A stretch of 64,000 bases of DNA. Source: Leptolyngbya sp. BL-A-14. GTDB taxonomy: Bacteria > Cyanobacteriota > Cyanobacteriia > Leptolyngbyales > Leptolyngbyaceae. Below the pieces are notes generated by a model. That model worked only from the letters and a program-made list of their open reading frames with translations. It was not told the origin of the DNA and made no database searches. The stretch covers positions 2,324,571-2,388,570 of the forward strand of contig CP166621.1 in assembly GCA_041937185.1 (NCBI GenBank), given 5' to 3'. A program made the position numbers and the translations under genes. This document shows positions 60,645 to 64,000 of this stretch, in pieces. Every line of letters begins with the position of its first letter. Positions within the stretch are counted from its first letter, which is position 1.

Positions 60645-62042
60645 ATGGCTGCAAATTCTTCCCTCTTCACGCGTCTATCTGGGTTAGGAACGGCTTTCCA
60701 AAGCTTTTTCCGGCGTGAACTCCTGCCTGTCTTGTCTGATTTACGCTTGGCGATCGTCCTGCTGCTGGCGATCGCGCTGTTTAGCGTCACAGGGACGGTG
60801 GTTGAGCAAGGGCAGTCTGCCGCCTTTTATCAAGCCAACTATCCAGAGCATCCCGCCCTGTTTGGCTTCCTTACCTGGAAGGTGCTGCTGGCGTCGGGGC
60901 TAGATCATGTCTATCGGACGTGGTGGTTTCTGTCACTGCTGATTTTGTTTGGGTCGAGTCTGACAGCCTGCACCTTCACGCGACAACTTCCGGCCTTGCG
61001 TTGGTTTTCGCGCACATCGCGTAAGTTCTACAGTCAGCCACGACAGTTTCAAAAGTTTGCCCTCAGCGCTGAATTTAACCAAACGTCGCTGGATGATGTG
61101 TTGCCGTTGCTGGAACAAAAGCGATACAAGCTCTTTCGTCAAGATGATGCCGTGTACGCGCGTAAAGGCATTGTGGGGCGCATCGGACCAATCGTCGTTC
61201 ATGCCAGTATGCTGCTAATTTTGCTGGGCGCGATCGTCGGGGCGCTGATGGGGTTTGTGGGGCAAGAAATGGTGCCCAGTGGTCAGACATTTCAAATTAA
61301 AAACATTGTGGATGCGGGACCTTTTGCCGAGTCACAGATTCCCAAAGATTGGTCGGTAAAAGTGAATCGCTTTTGGATTGACTACACTCCCCAGGGCGCG
61401 ATCGATCAGTTTTACTCAGATATGTCGGTGCTGGACAGCGATGGCAAGGAAGTCAAGCGCAAAACCATTCATGTAAATGAACCGCTGCGGTACCGTGGCG
61501 TCACGCTTTATCAAGCCGATTGGGGCATTTCGGCAGTGCAGGTTCGCATCAACAACAGCCCGATTTTTCAACTCCCAATGGCACAGCTAGATACGGGCGG
61601 CAAAGGCGGACGCATCTGGGGCACCTGGATTCCCACAAAGCCAGATTTAAGTGCCGGCGTGTCTCTCATTGCCAAAGATTTACAGGGCATGCTGCTGGTC
61701 TACGATACCTCTGGCAAGCTGATTTCCACCGTTCGCGCTGGCATGTCTACCCCAGTGAATGGCGTCACGCTGGCAGTGAAAGAACTCATTGGCAGCACCG
61801 GATTGCAAATTAAAGCCGACCCCAGCATCCCGATCGTCTACGCTGGCTTTGGGCTGCTCATGTTGGGCGTCATGATGAGCTACGTCTCTCATTCCCAAAT
61901 CTGGGCACTTCAAAAAGATGGCAACCTCTACATCGGCGGGCTCACCAATCGTGCTCAAGTTGCCTTTGAACGCGAAATGTTGGAGATTTTGGAACGGTTG
62001 GATACGCAAAAACAAGAAACGAATGCGGTTGTGACGGTGTAG
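60645..62042 (+). CDS. ccsB: cytochrome c biogenesis protein CcsB (Ccs1/ResB family)
   Basis: 465 aa; N-terminal TM pair, large lumenal domain, C-terminal TM; lies adjacent to ccdA. Confidence 0.85.
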   Translation: MAANSSLFTRLSGLGTAFQSFFRRELLPVLSDLRLAIVLLLAIALFSVTGTVVEQGQSAAFYQANYPEHPALFGFLTWKVLLASGLDHVYRTWWFLSLLILFGSSLTACTFTRQLPALRWFSRTSRKFYSQPRQFQKFALSAEFNQTSLDDVLPLLEQKRYKLFRQDDAVYARKGIVGRIGPIVVHASMLLILLGAIVGALMGFVGQEMVPSGQTFQIKNIVDAGPFAESQIPKDWSVKVNRFWIDYTPQGAIDQFYSDMSVLDSDGKEVKRKTIHVNEPLRYRGVTLYQADWGISAVQVRINNSPIFQLPMAQLDTGGKGGRIWGTWIPTKPDLSAGVSLIAKDLQGMLLVYDTSGKLISTVRAGMSTPVNGVTLAVKELIGSTGLQIKADPSIPIVYAGFGLLMLGVMMSYVSHSQIWALQKDGNLYIGGLTNRAQVAFEREMLEILERLDTQKQETNAVVTV

Positions 62043-62164
62043 CGCGATCGGTTCTCAATTGTTATCAGTAAAAAGAAAATACAAAATTTACCGCACAGGT
62101 GCAAAGAGCGTAGAGGGTTTGCTCTGTGTTCTCTGCGTCTCGGCGGTATACCAGACGCAAAGCC

Positions 62165-63055
62165 ATGTTACCCTGCCTGCCACCACCACCACTACAAAGA
62201 GGTGATTTACTGCGAGTGATTGCCCCCAGCGGCACCTTGCGAGAATTTGAATCCTTTCAGCGTGGGGTTGAGATCTGGCGATCGCGCGGCTACCAGGTTG
62301 AACTCACTCCCAGTTATGACGATCGCTGGGGCTATCTGGCAGGGAAGGATGGCGATCGACGCCAGCAGTTGCTTACCGCACTCGACGATCCAGACTGTCG
62401 TGGTATTCTTTGCGCACGCGGTGGCTACGGTGGTGCACGTCTGCTCGAAGACTGGTCGTGGACAGGGCACGAGCCCAAATGGCTGATTGGGTTTTCGGAT
62501 ATTACGAGTCTGCTGATGAGCCTCAGTCTAGAGGGAATCTCCGGTGTGCATGGACCACTGTTGACCACGCTGGCCGCAGAACCGGAATGGTCTGTACAAC
62601 GCCTGTTTGATTGGGTAGAAGGACGATCGCTGGCACCGTTGCAAGGAACACCTTGGGGCGGTGGGCAAACGTCTGGGTTGTTGCTCCCGATCAACCTCAC
62701 AGTAGCAACAAATCTGCTGGGAACGCCTGTACAGCCTGATTTTGCCGACACGATTCTGGCATTGGAAGATGTCGGGGAAGCGCCCTATCGCATCGATCGT
62801 ATGTTGACCCAGTGGCGACTCAGTGGTGCGTTTAAGCAGGTGAAAGGCATTGCGATCGGTCGGTTCAGCCAGTGCGATCCACCTGCCCACATTCCCAGCT
62901 TTACGGTAGAAGAGGTACTGCGCGATCGCCTGGGCAAATTAAACATCCCGATCGTATCAGACTTGCCCTTTGGTCACGATGGCGTCAACGCGGCCTTACC
63001 AGTCGGCATCATGGCACAATTGGACGGCGATCGAGGGCTTCTAGCCATTGGTTAA
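62165..63055 (+). CDS. ldcA: LD-carboxypeptidase (peptidase S66, muramoyltetrapeptide carboxypeptidase)
   Basis: …LRVIAPSG…, …GFSDITSLL… nucleophile motif; ATG at 62165. Confidence 0.8.
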   Translation: MLPCLPPPPLQRGDLLRVIAPSGTLREFESFQRGVEIWRSRGYQVELTPSYDDRWGYLAGKDGDRRQQLLTALDDPDCRGILCARGGYGGARLLEDWSWTGHEPKWLIGFSDITSLLMSLSLEGISGVHGPLLTTLAAEPEWSVQRLFDWVEGRSLAPLQGTPWGGGQTSGLLLPINLTVATNLLGTPVQPDFADTILALEDVGEAPYRIDRMLTQWRLSGAFKQVKGIAIGRFSQCDPPAHIPSFTVEEVLRDRLGKLNIPIVSDLPFGHDGVNAALPVGIMAQLDGDRGLLAIG

Positions 63056-63095
63056 GCCACAACCGTTCGGTTTGTTAAACGCTGGCTAAACAGCA

Positions 63096-64000
63096 CTAAC
63101 GGCTGACTGCTGACCGCTGACCGCTGAGAGCCTCTAACCCCTTCCCCGACTGTAGTAGGCTCAGCGGCAAAGGCTCCTGGCTCAAATAGTTGGCATAAGC
63201 AGCGCTGAGATACAGGCGGTAAGTAGGCTGTTGGGCAATGTAAGTGGCAAAGAAGGCTAGACTGAGCGCATTTAAATAGCCACGCGCGATCTCCGGATCC
63301 GGTCCTGCCAAACCGGGGGGAATGTTCAGCACACCCGCATCGTTTGGCGCACCTCCCAGCATTGAAAAGTGCGTACCACGGGTGATCAGCGCAAGGTAAC
63401 GATCGGGCGTTGTCAGCCAGGTAAAGGGACGAATCTGCTCTGGTACCGCAGGCGTTACTGCATCATTGCTGCCCGCCATCAACATGACAGGCACTTGAAT
63501 CTGGCTCAAACTACTGCGCCCTAGTAGGCTACTGGTAATAGGGTTAACCGCCAGCACTGCCTTAATGCGGCTATCCTGCAAGCGTTCCGCCCTGGGTGGC
63601 AATGTTAGAGCCTGACACTGCACCAGCAGGGTGATATTGAACGTTTGTCCGCTCTGACAATCCTGTTGGAGTTGCGCGAGGTTGAGTGGTGCGCCTGCTA
63701 ATGCCAATGCCGCGTAGCCGCCCTGAGAGTGCCCCATCACGCCAACTTGCTGAAGATTGAGTGCTTGCAGACTGGTGTCGGTTCGCGATCGACGCTCAAG
63801 CTCATCCAACAAACGCGTCACATCCAACGGTTGATTGATCAGCTCAGCCACATCGGGCTCAAGTGCCCGTCCAGCCAGAAATTGTCGATATCGCTGAGCG
63901 CTATTGCCAGGGCTTTCGGGGATAGCAACTGCAAAGCCATAGGATGCCAGATGGGTTGCCAGATAAGCAAACGTGCTGCGATCGGAGGCGGCACCGTGCA
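63096..64000 (-). CDS. alpha/beta hydrolase (dienelactone-hydrolase/lipase-like), N-terminus runs off the window end
   Basis: GHSQGG nucleophile elbow; the reading frame stays open from 63851 to the window edge. Confidence 0.7.
   Translation of the reverse strand, partial: HGAASDRSTFAYLATHLASYGFAVAIPESPGNSAQRYRQFLAGRALEPDVAELINQPLDVTRLLDELERRSRTDTSLQALNLQQVGVMGHSQGGYAALALAGAPLNLAQLQQDCQSGQTFNITLLVQCQALTLPPRAERLQDSRIKAVLAVNPITSSLLGRSSLSQIQVPVMLMAGSNDAVTPAVPEQIRPFTWLTTPDRYLALITRGTHFSMLGGAPNDAGVLNIPPGLAGPDPEIARGYLNALSLAFFATYIAQQPTYRLYLSAAYANYLSQEPLPLSLLQSGKGLEALSGQRSAVSR

Overview
This 64 kb window is a cyanobacterial chromosomal segment. GC is roughly 55%, the HIP1 octamer GCGATCGC is extremely frequent, and heptameric STRR-like tandem repeats fill the intergenic DNA. 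These features point to a filamentous, Leptolyngbya-like cyanobacterium, but that is an inference only.

Gene content:
- **Core replication and translation genes:** dnaA, rpmF (L32, below the 60-aa ORF cutoff), a 23S rRNA methyltransferase (rlmB), Mini-RNase III (mrnC), a tRNA-Gln, and a very long DHH/CBS/poly(A)-polymerase-head CCA enzyme.
- **Photosynthesis and envelope genes:** psbZ (missed as a short ORF), the cytochrome c biogenesis pair ccdA-ccsB, an LD-carboxypeptidase (ldcA), lnt, ribH and clpS.
- **Transport:** LivM/LivG-like amino-acid ABC components, two ABC-2 exporters, a sulfate-binding protein, an RND efflux pair and an SLH/OprB-type porin.
- **Signalling:** a REC-GAF-PP2C phosphatase with an RsbW-like anti-sigma kinase, two hybrid histidine kinases and a predicted pseudokinase.
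- **Other:** PPK2, AlkB, a TetR regulator, an aldo/keto reductase, an FMN reductase and several alpha/beta hydrolases.

Accessory and unusual content:
- A complete IS5-family insertion sequence with inverted repeats sits in an STRR tract about 0.5 kb upstream of dnaA.
- A small RelE/ParE-like toxin-antitoxin pair lies next to the RsbU/RsbW-like genes.
- An overlapping HipA-like kinase/DUF3037 pair lies downstream of an ABC-2 exporter.
- A TIR-TM-WD40 gene is co-oriented with a 954-aa membrane-anchored protein whose 3' two-thirds is strongly AT-rich (compositionally foreign), directly beside the tRNA-Gln. This is the best candidate for an undescribed system.
- STRR-like repeat units are inserted inside two coding regions: in-frame in the CCA enzyme gene, and frame-disrupting in a FAD-dependent oxidoreductase, which is now split.
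- Two long AT-rich intergenic regions contain candidate structured or small RNAs.

No CRISPR array and no rRNA genes were seen.
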